A stretch of DNA of 62,978 nt, counting the filler, from Sphacelaria rigidula (lineage: Eukaryota): assembly GCA_964200075.2 (NCBI GenBank). It is 6 parts of 6 records of this genome, joined end to end, with 100 filler letters (N's around TTAATTAATTAA, not from the genome) between each part and the next. Parts side by side here need not be neighbours in the genome. Positions count along the whole stretch, not along the records: positions 1 to 10,414 come from CAXNAA020006533.1; positions 10,515 to 20,927 come from CAXNAA020006534.1; 4 more parts are not named here. One strand, given 5' to 3'. Within the stretch, counting starts at the first letter, position 1. Every line of letters begins with the position of its first letter. The translations under genes and the position numbers were made by a program. Shown one piece after another: positions 1 to 12,752 of the stretch. The notes under the pieces were generated by a model. That model was not told where the DNA came from, did no database searches, and saw nothing but the letters and a program-made list of their open reading frames with translations.

Positions 1-1223
1 CGATTTACGTGAAGATTTTGCCTGCCAAAACCATGCACTTTTGGGGGGGGGGCTATCGTAGAAAGTGTCAGGAGCAGGTAGTGCACTTTGCGAAGCAAGT
101 CGTAGTGTTCGCGGCGTGGGGACCACGTCATGGATCCGTAAAGGAAGGCCTCCATCGCCTCCGCTTTCAGCAGTCGGACCTTGAGTCTCCATGGTGCTTT
201 CGGTCGGTCGAACAGCTCCCGAGAGAACTTCCCAATGCACGCCCACGATAGGTGTCGAGTGTATATGTGATTCATTAAATTGGTTCGATTATTAGCCGTT
301 TTTTCTCTGCAGGGAGGGGTCGGTGTCATTATTCCTGATATACAGGGCCCAAAATTGGGCTCAATTCACACCCATGACAGTAGGGTATGAGTGATTCGCG
401 GTACAAAAGGGCGTGGTGCGCGTCATCCGTGGTACTATATATTGGGGCACCGCGATACGGTTCTCAATCCAGATGGCACTCATGATCTTGTGTGTCCTTG
501 TTACGGTACGGTTGTGGATTTGCTAACTTGTGCGGAAACCAGGAAAACCGAGGTTGGCCTTATTTCAATGCGAAAACAATTTTCATGCAAGAGAGTTCTG
601 CCTGGTTTGTATTTTCTCTTGATGACAGCCACTGTCCGAGCCTCACCTCACCCATCGATCAAATGCAATGAGCGTATCTATTTACATACCGTGAAATGTG
701 CCGTACCGCTTGTGACGTGACGTCTATGTTTGCGGATGTCTTAACCCTTCGGGAACCCAGTGCCGGTTTTTGTTTTGGTGAATCGACATCATTTCAGTCA
801 CTTTCAATTCAACATTGTGCCGATTCACGAGACAAAATCGAGACTAGGTGCCTAGAGGGTTGAGCTCTTTCTCGTCGTCCGTCTATGCGCGTTCCCCACC
901 GCGTCTCAGAGCTTATCGACTGCTACGCACTGCATAACTTCCGTGAGCATGTCGCTCATAGCAGCTCAACTCATTATGCGATGATGTTGGTTCTTGCTCG
1001 TGAGTTGTACTCGGTGATGGCCTCGTTCTCTCGTTTTGAAAGCAAAATATACCTTCTCCTTCAGCACACTGTGCCGTTTTCTGCTACAGCAGTCTCAACG
1101 AACGAGCAATTATATCGAGTGCACTAATGTGTAAAAACATGGACTGAAAGTTCGTGTTTTGGTCCCGACAGTTTCATGCACCGAGTTTCACGGAGGTTTT
1201 GTAGCCTTGAGTATCACTCCAGC

Positions 1224-1309
1224 TGCAAACAGCCAATCATCTATGTTGAGGATGGTGCTCATCCTCAATCAAAAGCACCATCCTCAACATAGATGATTGG
1301 CTGTTTGCA
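1224..1309. repeat. Perfect 36-bp inverted repeat (hairpin), 14-nt loop
   Basis: 1224-1259 TGCAAACAGCCAATCATCTATGTTGAGGATGGTGCT is the exact reverse complement of 1274-1309. Confidence 0.95.
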
Positions 1310-3345
1310 CCTCAAATAGGGGAGGCGCCTATTGCTTGCGTGTCCATCATCCACGTTCGTTGCGGAATCCACCCTTACTACACCAGGGTATTTGTCATCC
1401 CCAGTGGCGAAGACATGATCCGACCTTCCGTGCTTCGAGTACCCACACGTCACAACTGTATCCAAGCAGAAGTCCCGATTCCAAGTACACTAAGCCTTGT
1501 GCTGCTCAACTACACCACGTTAAACACGGACGCACCAGCCAGAGCCACTCAAGTTGAGATAGCTCTACCGCTCCGCACGTTCACCGGCGTCATGGTCCGT
1601 CAATGATCCCTGTCTCGCGTCATGCCAATGTCGCCTCAAGGCCTCGGGTGATGGGAGTATGACTATGTCGAAGACTCCTTGTTCGTACATCCAGGCGTTT
1701 TGTTACAGAGAGTGATGCGTCTGCACTAACCTCCCCTGTTCGGAGCTCTGAAGCTCGTCCATACAGGCTTGCGACAGGAGGGACTGATGTGTGCATAGCT
1801 CCTTGTGAGTCATGCCACGTGGCGAATGCCGTATGGCGGGTTCGATGGAATGTAGAGATGGGCACCGGATAGGAAAATCGAAAAACCGGTTACCGGATAA
1901 GGAGGCGTCATTTTGAAAAACAAAAACCGGTTAAACCGTTTTTTTTCAGCCGGTTTAACCGGTTCACCGTATAGCAAGAGAAAACGCCTCCAAATCATTG
2001 AAACGCAGGTGAATTCGGCGTTGTTGTCGATTGTTTCGTGTGTGGTGGGAGATGGATACTCTCGAACACACCCATTGCCAGTAACGGCAAGGTTCAATCT
2101 TGCACCTCCGCACTCCGCACTCTGCACCCGTGCAGCACCTGTCGAACTTTACAGCACAGTGGCTGACGACTGGTGACAAAGAGTTTTTATGCGTGTTAAG
2201 AAATGGTGTTCGTGATTACGTGAACAGCTGCTGTTCAAATCTTGCACCTATTCCTAACAAACACAGGGTGTCAAAAATAGAAAACAAAAACTACACTCCG
2301 GAGTAGTAGATAGTAGTGGGAACCTGAACCGTTATTTTTCTAATTTCTTCGTCATCTGCGATTTTCTCACGCTCTTCCGCTTGTCACCGCCCATCACATT
2401 GGAAATTTGAAGATAGTTGTATCCGCTCCACATTTAATGAAAACAAAAATCATCTGTACTCAACATTGGGTGACTTCCGGGCTGACCGGTCATCGGGGGT
2501 CCTGCAACTTTTCAGCACAGATTCTGACTCTTTGCAATTTTAGGTCGATCGAGCCTGTCCCAATCGTTGTTGTAGAGAAGTGTGTGCATTTTTATTTTTT
2601 GGAATTCTACCTACTCACTGCACCAGGGCCGAATAACTGTGTTTCGCGGTTCATAATACTGTCCTTATAAACGGGGTATCTGCTCATATCTCATATCGCC
2701 CGATAACACTGCGTAACACTACTTGGGCACTGTTTTTTCAAGGATTATCTGCTTATTTTTACCAAAATCTACCGACGCTAGCACTTTAGAGCTCTATCGA
2801 AGGGAAATACGCGAGAATAATCCCCCCAAAACCCTGAACAGTTCAGGCGCCCAGTACTGTATGCACTTCACACCCCGCCCGAACCTGCATCCCGATGCCC
2901 ACCAATACGAGGGAGGAGCACGGGTCATGCCATTCCTCAACTTTTCAAAAAGCGTGCCTCTCCTGTGTCGAAAAACAACAAAACAGCGGACAACGAAAAA
3001 CCCACACTAGACACTACACTAGACGCTGCAAACCACGCCAAACCACCCAAACACACCCTCTCCCTGGGCAATTTCGCCCCACAGAGTTAACGATGACGCA
3101 ATAATCGTACAAAAGCGATAGGCGGCAAGACATCGCATGAACTTTTTTCAGGAAGTAACACCAACATCATTATCGTATCCCCCGCTAGGAAACTGAAAGC
3201 AGATCTTCGGAGATAACAGAAGTTCACGCCTACTCGTTTCGCCTCAAAAACGCGTAGTCTTACATTCCTCTGTGTGGTATTGTGACTCGAGCACCAGTAC
3301 TCGACGCCTCGTCGCGAAAGATCAGGATGGTGACAGTGGAATCAG

Positions 3346-6300
3346 CTATGCCTGGCTGAGGTACGAGTCAAGAAGCCCTGCGACGACGGCACCACGTACA
3401 CTCGAAATCTTTGCAAGGTGGTCCCCAGTCAGGCGCCTCCGTTTCTTCGACATCGTCAGTCCCGCCTTGGAAAAAAGCCTTTCGGGAGACGCCGACGATG
3501 CAGGGCAGCTCAGGTACCTCGCAGCGACATCGCTGATGGCGGGAAATTCCCTCTCGTGGTCGGCCCACCATTGCAGAGGGTCCTCGTCAATATCAATAGC
3601 AGGGAGCTTGCAGTAGCGGAACAGCTCCTTCGCCTCCCTTCGAGCTCCTGATGGAGGTGGGTTTACTCGTCGGGCAGCTCCAGCTGGGAATCACAGTTGC
3701 TTGAGCTCTGTCGGAGGTGCGCAAGGCGGCACACGGGGTAGAGTACAAGTGCGTGCGAAAATGGAGGTCCGACTTGTCAGTGTGTGAGCAGCTGACGCTT
3801 GCCTGTGGTGGAAACGCCTGCCCATGCCGTTCTTGAAACAAGGGCCACACATGATGCATGTATCGTCATGATACATTTGTAAGATTGCTCCGCGACCTCT
3901 GATACGTATGGTTTTCCATCATGTATCGTTATGATACACTTGTTAAAATGCTTCGCAATCTCTGGTGCCTCCAGTTCTTCACAACAGTTGACAACTCCAC
4001 GCGACAACACAGCCAGCTCGATGGTTCGCTATATATACATCATTTACGGTATCAGTGGGCGCAGCAGTGCGCACATACACACGGATTCCGACATTTGGAA
4101 AAAATATGGGAGAATCACTTTTGCCTCTGCTGCGCTCGAGATGCCCTCCTCATCGTTGTCGCTTCCCTCCAACACCCTCCCCGCGAGGGATTTCGGTGCG
4201 GTCTCCGCTCCCTTACCCTTACCCGCACCTCGCTCGCCTTTCTCGTCGGTACTGCCCGCAACGTCGTCGGAGCCACCGCTTTGAGCGGAAGTAAGGCCGG
4301 CCGCGATGTCGGCGTCGCGCTTGTCCGATACCTTGCGAGAAACATCCACTAGCAGCACCTTCTCCAGTAGATACCAGCAGTGCTTCCGGAGAGGACGTGG
4401 CAGTCTCTTGAGCTTCTTCGATCGAGGGTCGATGGTAGCTCAGATGAGTTGAACATCTGAGAGTCCTGCCTTGCCCTCATCGCTACCTTCAGGGTCGAGA
4501 TTTCACCTTTTCCATGAATGATGGCGACGCAAGAGGGACATGAGCGGAAGGTACACATCAAAACGCTAACAGGTTCCACGAACAGTAGAAACAAAAAAGG
4601 CAAGCGGGCGGAGTTACGCCACGGCGAACCTACGAAAATGGCGAGAGCGTGGAGGTACATTCGCGATAAACTGTACTTTACGAAGGGAAAATATACCCGG
4701 GATTTCGCGGGCATGGATGTTGTGGAACAGCTAGCACGCGAGCACCCTGTGTCAGATATGTACCGCGTTTTCCACGGTGCCGTGGATGCAGGGTGCCTCG
4801 TGGGTTGGAAACTCAAGGCGGAGTGAAGGAGAAAAGCAATACGGGACAATATCACCCCGACCATAATCACCCGGCAGTGCCTACATCCCCTTGCCTTTGG
4901 TCGATGTCGACCAGCGCCGCAGTCGCAGCGGCCCGCAGAGTCTCGTCTTGCCCTTTGTTTTGAATGTCCATGATGTCCATGCGAAGGAGGCAGATGGTGC
5001 CGGTGACCATACTGCAGGTAGGGTAAATTGTCCCCCTCGAGCATCTTGGCGGCGTCGGCGAACGGCCGCAGGACAGCCGCCATGAGCTCCATCTTGCCCC
5101 ACTTCAACTTGAGCACCACCGCCGGCGCTTTCTGCAGAGACACCATCGCGGTGAAAGTTTCCCGGTTAGCAAAGAAGCTGTCGAGCATCGTGAGCTCGGT
5201 CCACCACCGTGTCTTCACTGCTGACTTCAGCGTGACGAACCTCTGCGAAGAAGTCACGTTGGCGACGTCCTTCATCTCTTGGATTGCCTAATGGATGCAA
5301 GACGAGGGACAAGGGGGGGGGCGTACTCATTTGTTGCTTGCCTTAGTCGTTTAACCATTGACCACGCATCCCTTTCGAGACGGAGCAACGAGGGACAAGG
5401 GGGGGAAAAGAAACAACGTACTTCCGTGAGTAGGGGTTTGCAGCAACATGGCGGGACATTTCGAGCGGTGTTCGAGGGTTGGGCAAAACAACACGTCAAA
5501 CCGATGTCAACGCGTGGGGAAAATTGTTCCACAACGCAACCTGCTTCATATGTGCATCCCAAAAGCGGCATCAGTAGAGGGTGGCCGGCCTCGAGTGCTG
5601 TAGGGGTCATTTTGTCTTTTGTTCAGGATGTTCGACGACTGTATAGTAACACTGACCTTGCCAGACCGGCTGTAGTAGCTAACGACTGAACTGCAGTCTT
5701 GAAGAACGCGTTGCAGTTCGGTGGGCCCCTCACCCAGGTACCCGCGAAGGAACGCACCCATCGAATCGTCTCCCTGCCCCATGCTCTCGAGCCCCTTCAC
5801 CTTCATTTCGCCGACAAACCGCTTCACGGACAGCTCGATGGTGTGGACCGCGCAAGCCGTCCTGCGTAGGCGGTGGTTGTCGGCGGCAGCTTTCACCATG
5901 TTGGAGGCGTCATCCGTTGTCATGATCACGCACTTCTTCTGGTCAAGGCCACTGGTCTTGATGAGTTGGACAAGCTTGACAGCAATGTTGTCCCCTGTGT
6001 GAGTCTCGTCGAATGGGGAACAATCGAGGCCCATGGTAACCAGCTGCCACGAGCCGGGCTTGCGGACAACGTGCGAAACGACGAGGCTGATGAACGATCC
6101 CTTGTTAGGAGCTGTCCAAATGTCCGTCGTGGCGAAGAAGTCGACGTCCGACATCGTAGCCTTGACCACCTTATGGGCTTCCCTCTGCACACGCCATTCC
6201 GGAAAAAATGGAAGAGTAGAAGTTAGGACCACATACACTACTGACGTTCAAGGGACAAAGTCACGTGCAGACGCCAGAAACTCATTTCAGTTCAACAGCT

Positions 6301-8112
6301 ACAGTGCCATGTTACGAACACGAGCAAAAAACACTCCCTCGGTCTAGGGTCTAGGGCAGTACGGCGGTACCAAGTTTCACTTTTTCACTTGCGTCGAAAT
6401 GCACAGATGACGCGTGTGAGAGCGCGGCACAATACATTTGTAGCGGTATTCAGTGGTTGAAAATTAGTTGGTGTTCCAACAGTCCATATCGGAACGGTCC
6501 TCAAAGAATAACTTGGGAATGTTTTTTTGGGGGGTTGCGGTTGAATATTCATTTTTGCAAAAAAGTAACACAAGGGTCGGGTGATATGGAGGTTACAGAA
6601 ACACCAAGAAAAGAAAAAAACGAAGCAAAAAGCGAAAGTATTGGGGATGGGGTTGGATTGGGGGGTTGGGGTTGGTTTTCATTTTTTTGAAAAAGGGAAC
6701 ACAACAATCGAAGATCGGCAACGCCATTTGCGGATCGGGAAGATTCTGCCAACGTGTGTACATAAACGCCTTACTTTCTATCGCATTGCCCTCCATAAGT
6801 GCTGTCACTTGTCACTTGTCACTCCCGTAAGTCTCTCGATCAGCGTATCGCCGCCGTACCTTCATCGCTTCAAGCTCCCTCAGCACAGTAGAGCGACTCG
6901 GGGGCGTCACCTTCGGAGATACGGCGGTCTTCATCTCCTCGTAGTCCGAGCCTTCGCAAGCCTGGAGGGGCTGCAACAAGTAACGTGCAAGCCGAATGAG
7001 CAAAAACAGGGTGCCACAAGACTGGTGAAGCGATGACCTTCAGAACATACGACTTACTTCTAAAGAGGCGCAGAACTCATCGCACCCGGCAGCATGGCGG
7101 CCACGGAAAGACGCAACCAGCCGTACTCAAATGAGGATGTACCGATATACACGAGCATCGCAATGACCCCTGCGGCGGCAATGTACCAGTTACCGTCTGT
7201 CTGCTTGCTGCTTCGTTTCTCTGCTGATGCTGTATCCGTCCCGGCGCGACTGTTCATTCATGTACTGTAGTATGTACACTGAAGGTGAGACTCAAGTCTG
7301 CGAACCAATCACGAGCATTTTGCACTACATATTTCGCTACAAGGTCACTCTCATTGGCGCTAGATTCCGCCGATGCCTCGCTGAAGGACCCCTGATTCCT
7401 TGAAAATTCCATTTCACTACAGATATATCATCTATCCCCGTGCATTGGAGTTGTGCCTATTGAAACTGCTCAAAACTACTGCTACTGTTGCTGTATGCAC
7501 AGAGCAGAGGAGGTTGATTTGGAAATTAGAGATCAGTGCAAGACATCCCCATCCGAGGGAGACGCACCCTGACAACTCACTCACCAAGTCATTCTTGACG
7601 ATCCTCTTCACCGCCTGCCGTACGTAGTTCGGGTGGAAGACCACCTTGCCGTCGATCCTCTGCTGACGAATCGTCGCCTCCATAAGCCCGTCTGCTGTGG
7701 CAACATCCTTGTGCATTCCCATCACGTGTTGCTTGGCGTTCGTCGTCCCGCCTCCCGTTTTGATCGCCTTCTTGCATATCGTGCAGATGACAACCGTTGG
7801 ATCATTTGGGTCGCTGTTGAAGTACTTCCAGCATGGGCTGTCGCGCTCGTGCTTACGCTTGCCACAGGCCTATATGTGCCTTGGTCCTGCGGGATTTTCT
7901 GCTGCTGGACCACCACCGCCAGGTCCCCCTCTCTCTGTTCCTTTTCCGTTTTCTTCATCCTCGTCACACTGCATGTCGTCTTCGTCCTCTTCTTCTTCTT
8001 CTTCTTCTTCTTCTTCTTCTTCACCAACATATATGCTGCCGTCGCTGCCCTCATGATCATCAGCTGTGCCGTGAGCACTGCCGTCTTTGATGTCGATCGG
8101 CACTTCGCTCAT
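3346..8112 (-). pseudogene. Spliced hAT transposase (BED finger, DDE core, C-terminal dimerisation domain), disabled
   Basis: Exons about 8112-7585 (acidic N-terminus; BED finger WKYF..CTIC..HVMGMH), 6970-6860 (PPSRST), 6184-5657 (TTDIWT, TTDDASNM, CAVH), 5287-~4890 (TRWWT, KMLEGD), ~4460-4120 (IDPR) and ~3800-3346 (DPLQWW..RYLSCPASSASPERLFSKAG; stop TAG 3346-3348). Lesions: in-frame TAG 7870-7872, frameshift near 5030, in-frame TGA 4440-4442. Confidence 0.9.
5302..5405 (-). mobile_element. Short (~68 bp) retroposon-like insertion in a hAT intron with an 18-bp direct repeat
   Basis: ACGAGGGACAAGGGGGGG occurs at 5302-5319 and 5388-5405, flanking GCGTACTCATTTGTTGCTTGCCTTAGTCGTTTAACCATTGACCACGCATCCCTTTCGAGACGG. 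The same core recurs at about 10800-10865, 11600-11660 and, inverted, 26045-26125. Confidence 0.75.
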
Positions 8113-10414
8113 TTTGCCTCGCGGCAGTCTCGAGTCTCGAGTATGCAAGTGTGTTTGCCACCTCCGCAGTATTGTGGTCTCTGCGAGCTGACTCTATGTG
8201 TGAGGTGTAAGGTCTAAGGATGACGTGTAATGTGACGTGTAGCGTTTAGCGTGTGACGTGTCGTATGTCACGCTTTCGCTACGCGCTGCGAGTGCCAATT
8301 TCAAACTTCGCAATTGAACCAGTTAAACCGGTTCACCGGAAAAATCGGTTGAACCGGCATAAGAGCGCCTCCTTTTGCCGGTTAAACCGGTTTTCCAGTG
8401 AACCGGTTTAACCGGCAAAAAAAAAACTCCGAGGTTTTTTTCACAATAGTAACCGGTTAACGCCTTTTGGGGTTTCCAAAAACTGGTTATAACCGGGGTT
8501 TTTTTTTCCGGTGCCCACCTCTAGTGGAATGCTCATCCCCCCTGCCAGTGCTCACCGTCACCGCACCCAGTTTTCATGTTTTCCTACAGCGCATGGTATC
8601 ATGCTCGACACGTGATGAATGGATGTAGATTGCCCACCTCTACGTCATCATCCGCCTGGTGTGGACTTCTAGCGCAAATCGTCTGTTTAATCGCGGGAAC
8701 TCTCTAATTATAAACTCTCTAATTACTAGATTATTGTATGCTACCGGCGTTTTCCTTGCGTTCAAGCGAAGATCGACCGTTTGCGAATCATTTTTCCGAG
8801 TTGCGCTTCAGAACTTCGCACGAACTTTTTTTTGACCACCTCAGGACGAGTAAGAAATGTTTTCTTCTTTCAAGGCCGCCTGTACCCGCTTCTGGGGATT
8901 CACACGCCGGTACCTCGTGACGCCAGGGGAGAGCAGATGAACTGTCCTTGAAAATTTGTTCCCCGTTTGGAGCACCCATACGAGCGGGGCCGGCCTAGAC
9001 CCGAATTGGTGGTTCGCAGACCCCGTCTTACTCCAATTTTTAGAGTTGGACTTCCAAATTGGGTAGGAGGGAAAAGTAGGGCATACAAAAATAAAGCTCA
9101 CCGGCACGGTAATTTTGTTTCTCGTGTTGATGGTGATAATCATCACGTAGTTATCAGGAAAGGACTCTTGATTCACGAAAGCAAAACGTATCGTTCCGCA
9201 CGTTTTTGTTTTCTGCACTATGCCCTATTCATTATTCGTACCATGTTTAAAAGTGCTACTCTCCAAAGAGGTGAGACGGGGCGATTAAGAATCCTGACCG
9301 GGCGAAAATCAGAAAATATTTTCCAGGCCATTCGTCGGCCCCGGTTCGGTACTTGTGTTTTGGAACTTTGTATGGGACCTCGCTAGGCCACCATGAGTAA
9401 AAAACGGTCAGAAGTGTATCTTTATTATGTTTTCACATTTTCAGGACGTTTCAGTCTAGTGAAGATCATAATATTTCGAAAATGCCCGTACATCTTCCCT
9501 CGAGTAAAAACATTCAAGGGCCATATTTTTCTTCCTCGGCATGCGTTCGCGATTCTCCATGCCAAGTTGTGAATCTCAGTCCTAAGTAAAAAGCCAAAAA
9601 TCTGGTGTGAAATTCGACAGCGGTGTCCAAAAAATACGGGAACAAATGAACAAGAACGAAAAATGAAAAATAATTTGTTTTTCAATGCGCACTAGCGGTT
9701 CTCTATGCGACACTTTAGAGCACAACGCTTGAAACCTGAGACAGGATATATATCCAGATTCGGTGCATTTGGTGTCTCCTCACGTAACATATTGATTTTG
9801 TGATAGAACGTTATGTGAGCCATATCTCGAGATAGATGACGAATTAAGAGAAGCTCAGGATATCTATATTTCTCTCGTGCTCAAGGGAATGTCCACGCCA
9901 AAGCTCATCGTCTGCTGTATATATGGTTCGGGGCTTCAGAAAGACTTGAGTATGGACGCTATCTCCGTACGGTGTAAAAATTGCTACGAGCTGCCCCAGC
10001 AGTAATTCCCACATTCGCTTTCCACACCGCAACTTCTCAAGTTTCCCAAATCAGCGCGACTTGAGCATATCGCTATGAAGTGCGCACCAACCGGATATGA
10101 TACGGCACCGCTGCTGCATGAAGAAAAAAGTGAAAAAAAGTGTACTGCATAATATGTCACCTTCACGACGGACGAAAAAAAAAGAGAATGTGCCGGGATT
10201 CGAATTCATGACCTCCATAGCTGGAGTCTCCTGCATCACTTGGATTGAAGGGGCGCCGCCGTGTCACACGAAAAGTGAGACGCGAAGCACAATGTGTGGT
10301 ACTTTGATCCGAAACTCACCACAATATCGTTGACGTGGGTGCCTGTATGTGCTTGAGTGTTGTCGTTTGTGACGAAATATCGCCTACATGATGTGCTATG
10401 TAGTGATCAGCAGG

Positions 10415-10514
10415 NNNNNNNNNNNNNNNNNNNNNNNNNNNNNNNNNNNNNNNNNNNNTTAATTAATTAANNNNNNNNNNNNNNNNNNNNNNNNNNNNNN
10501 NNNNNNNNNNNNNN
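10415..10514. other. Artificial 100-bp spacer (N44-TTAATTAATTAA-N44); also at 20928-21027, 31441-31540, 41954-42053, 52467-52566
   Basis: Identical all-frame-stop linkers separate fragments of 10414, 10413, 10413, 10413, 10413 and 10412 bp. Confidence 0.97.
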
Positions 10515-11084
10515 GTCTAGGTTTTGGTGGCTTGTTTTACAGCGCCGTTGCCACTCGACGCCAATCCAAGAGTCTAGAGGTGCGGGGGAAACTGAGGGGG
10601 GGGTGGCGGTTTGATATGCTGACAGAGCTTTGCAGAACATGGTCTCAGAGGTGGGATGAATATATTTCTCCTTCTACCGAGATCTTGACCATGCTGTCAA
10701 TAAATCCATAACAGTCAAAAGGTCGAAGTCTATGCCGAACAAGGAATCTGTGTGCTCGCGTCAGAACAAGTTTCCAGTAATGCTACGCTAAGGGCGCGGG
10801 GGCGTACTCATTTGTTGCTTGCCTTAGTCGTTTGACCATTGATCACGCATCCCTTTCGAGACGGGGCGGGGGGGACTTTGGGCGGCTTATTTCGCGAAAC
10901 CTCACTTCAAATCGTCGTGAAAGCGGCCAACTTTGCTCGAACGCGCTTGTTGCCAACTAAATACACTCATTCACATTGCTTTTCCCCAAATACAAGCGCA
11001 CCGCGAGTGTGTTAGATCATCCGACAAACCCATGAGTCCTTTTCTTCGTGTAACCAAATACTCCTCCCTCATCGTAGCATGTTC

Positions 11085-11480
11085 AGCCTGGTCCGGCGAA
11101 AACCCGGCGTGCTCCGCCTCGGCTTTGTAGGGACGGAACCCCTACGAGGTTGGCGTTGCTTGGCAATGAAGCTGTAAAACACACCACTCACTGCGTAAGC
11201 AAGGCAATCAGGTTACCGAATTTTTCCGCGCGTGTGCGGTTTCTTTTTCGGTAACCATTATGGTGGTCGAGCTAGATGATATTTTGCGGGGTGGGAAAAC
11301 CTCAACTCCGCGCAAAGGGGATGATCATCGTACGTAGTGTTTAAATTGTGAGGCACTCGTGAGGCAGTGTATAAGCCGTGGCTATCTGTGGAAGTGGCGA
11401 TACCAAAAATTGAAGCGACTCATTGGAGGCTGCCATCCGAATGCAAGATAATCACTACGCTTCGGGTCGAATGATTTTAG
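11085..11480 (+). repeat. Dispersed repeat (~390 bp); second copy at about 62585-62978
   Basis: Colinear similarity from AGCCTGGTCCGGCGA..GGCTTTGTAGGG through GGAAGTGGCGATACCAAAAAT to ATGCAAGATAATCA in both places; partial copies at about 11548-11595 and, inverted, about 52072-52118. Confidence 0.85.
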
Positions 11481-11773
11481 CAGGATACAGCTGACCCTTC
11501 ATGCGACTTGCCGAACACATGGCGCTTCGCGCTTGGTGATTGATTGCGAGCCTGGTCCGGCGAAAATCCCGTGTGTTCCACTCCGGCTTTGTAGCGGGGG
11601 GGGCGTACTCATTTGTTGCTTGCCTTGGTCGTTTGAGCATTGACTACGCATCCCTTTCTAAGTGGGATGCGAGGTCAATGGTCAAACGACCAAGGCATAC
11701 AAGGTCATGAGTACACCCCTATCGTAGCATGACTGCCTACCCTACTCCAAGAGTGTATATGGCCATCACCATG

Positions 11774-12022
11774 GAGTCATGCTACGATAGGAGGGGGGGT
11801 ATTTTGGGCCGTTTCTTCAACGAAATTTGCACTTCGATCGTCGTTGAAACCAGCAGCGGTTGTTCGAACGCGCTTGTTACCGATTAATAGCGCTCATTCA
11901 CACTGCTTGATACCGCTTATACCCAAATACAAGCGCACCGCGATTGTGTTAGGTCGTTTTACGCACCTATGAGAACAGTTTTTCGTGAAATCGAACCCCC
12001 CCCCCCTATCGTAGCATGACTC
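11774..12022. mobile_element. MITE with GAG...CTC termini and 4-bp TSD (Sola-like)
   Basis: TIR GAGTCATGCTACGATAGG / CCTATCGTAGCATGACTC with flanks CATG/CATA. A related partial copy lies at about 10865-11083 and a related end at 20903. Confidence 0.8.
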
Positions 12023-12752
12023 CATAGTGCTAACATACCAGCAGTACCCCGGCCATCAAACATATGGCCCTACAGTTGATACATATCATACATCACAAGA
12101 AGGAATTAGTATTGTGTACGTTTGTACAGCGTTCAATCCTCGCTGCTGATCTCCTCCTGCTGTTGATACACCACACACTCATATATAAGACGTCCTCACC
12201 AATTTTCCCAAGCGGGCGTAATGAAAAACATCTGCAATAATGAAGCTATCTTCCACTCACACATCCGTCCCCACACACTTCAATTCTGATGCTCTATCGT
12301 CAAGATCATGATGGCACGCTCCGGCCATCATACTTCCAGTTAGTGTGACCACTGCGCCCAGAAGACACTCAAAACCCGTGAGTACGTTCAGTTCTTCTCC
12401 GTGATTTACAACGTGGTCCTACAACCCGCTGTGTAATAGGCATCCGTATCTCCTTCGTGCGAATAACACCCAATTGTTAGCACTTAGCACCTATAATATA
12501 TGCCAGATATGTAGTGAACACGAATTTGGCTTTCCTGAACGTACTTGTCTTGAAAACCAGCGATTGTGCGTCGATTACCGTCCTATCGCTCCCACCATCA
12601 TAGTGATGTAAACTTTCAAGTTTCGATGCAGCTTACGGTCAGTGAGCCACCGTGCTCGCTCAGCCCCTGTCATGTAGATGCTGGCTTTGAAAGTAATATT
12701 GCATCAAAGGCCGCCCACCCAACGTGAATCTTTCCCACAAATGCTACGTGGC

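Larger units (their letters stand above)
1853..8523 (-). mobile_element. Full-length hAT-superfamily DNA transposon (6,671 bp)
   Basis: Left TIR TAGAGATGGGCACCGGA (1853-1869) matches the reverse complement of right end TCCGGTGCCCACCTCTA (8507-8523) at 16/17. The 8-bp TSD is ATGGAATG (1845-1852) / GTGGAATG (8524-8531). AACCGG(TT) subterminal repeats cluster at about 1880-1970 and 8315-8500, and the element encodes a hAT transposase. Confidence 0.95.

Noticed and set aside
7633..8217. Plus-strand ORFs with poly-F / poly-S runs
   Set aside because: Antisense shadows of the (GAA)n acidic tract in the hAT transposase N-terminus.
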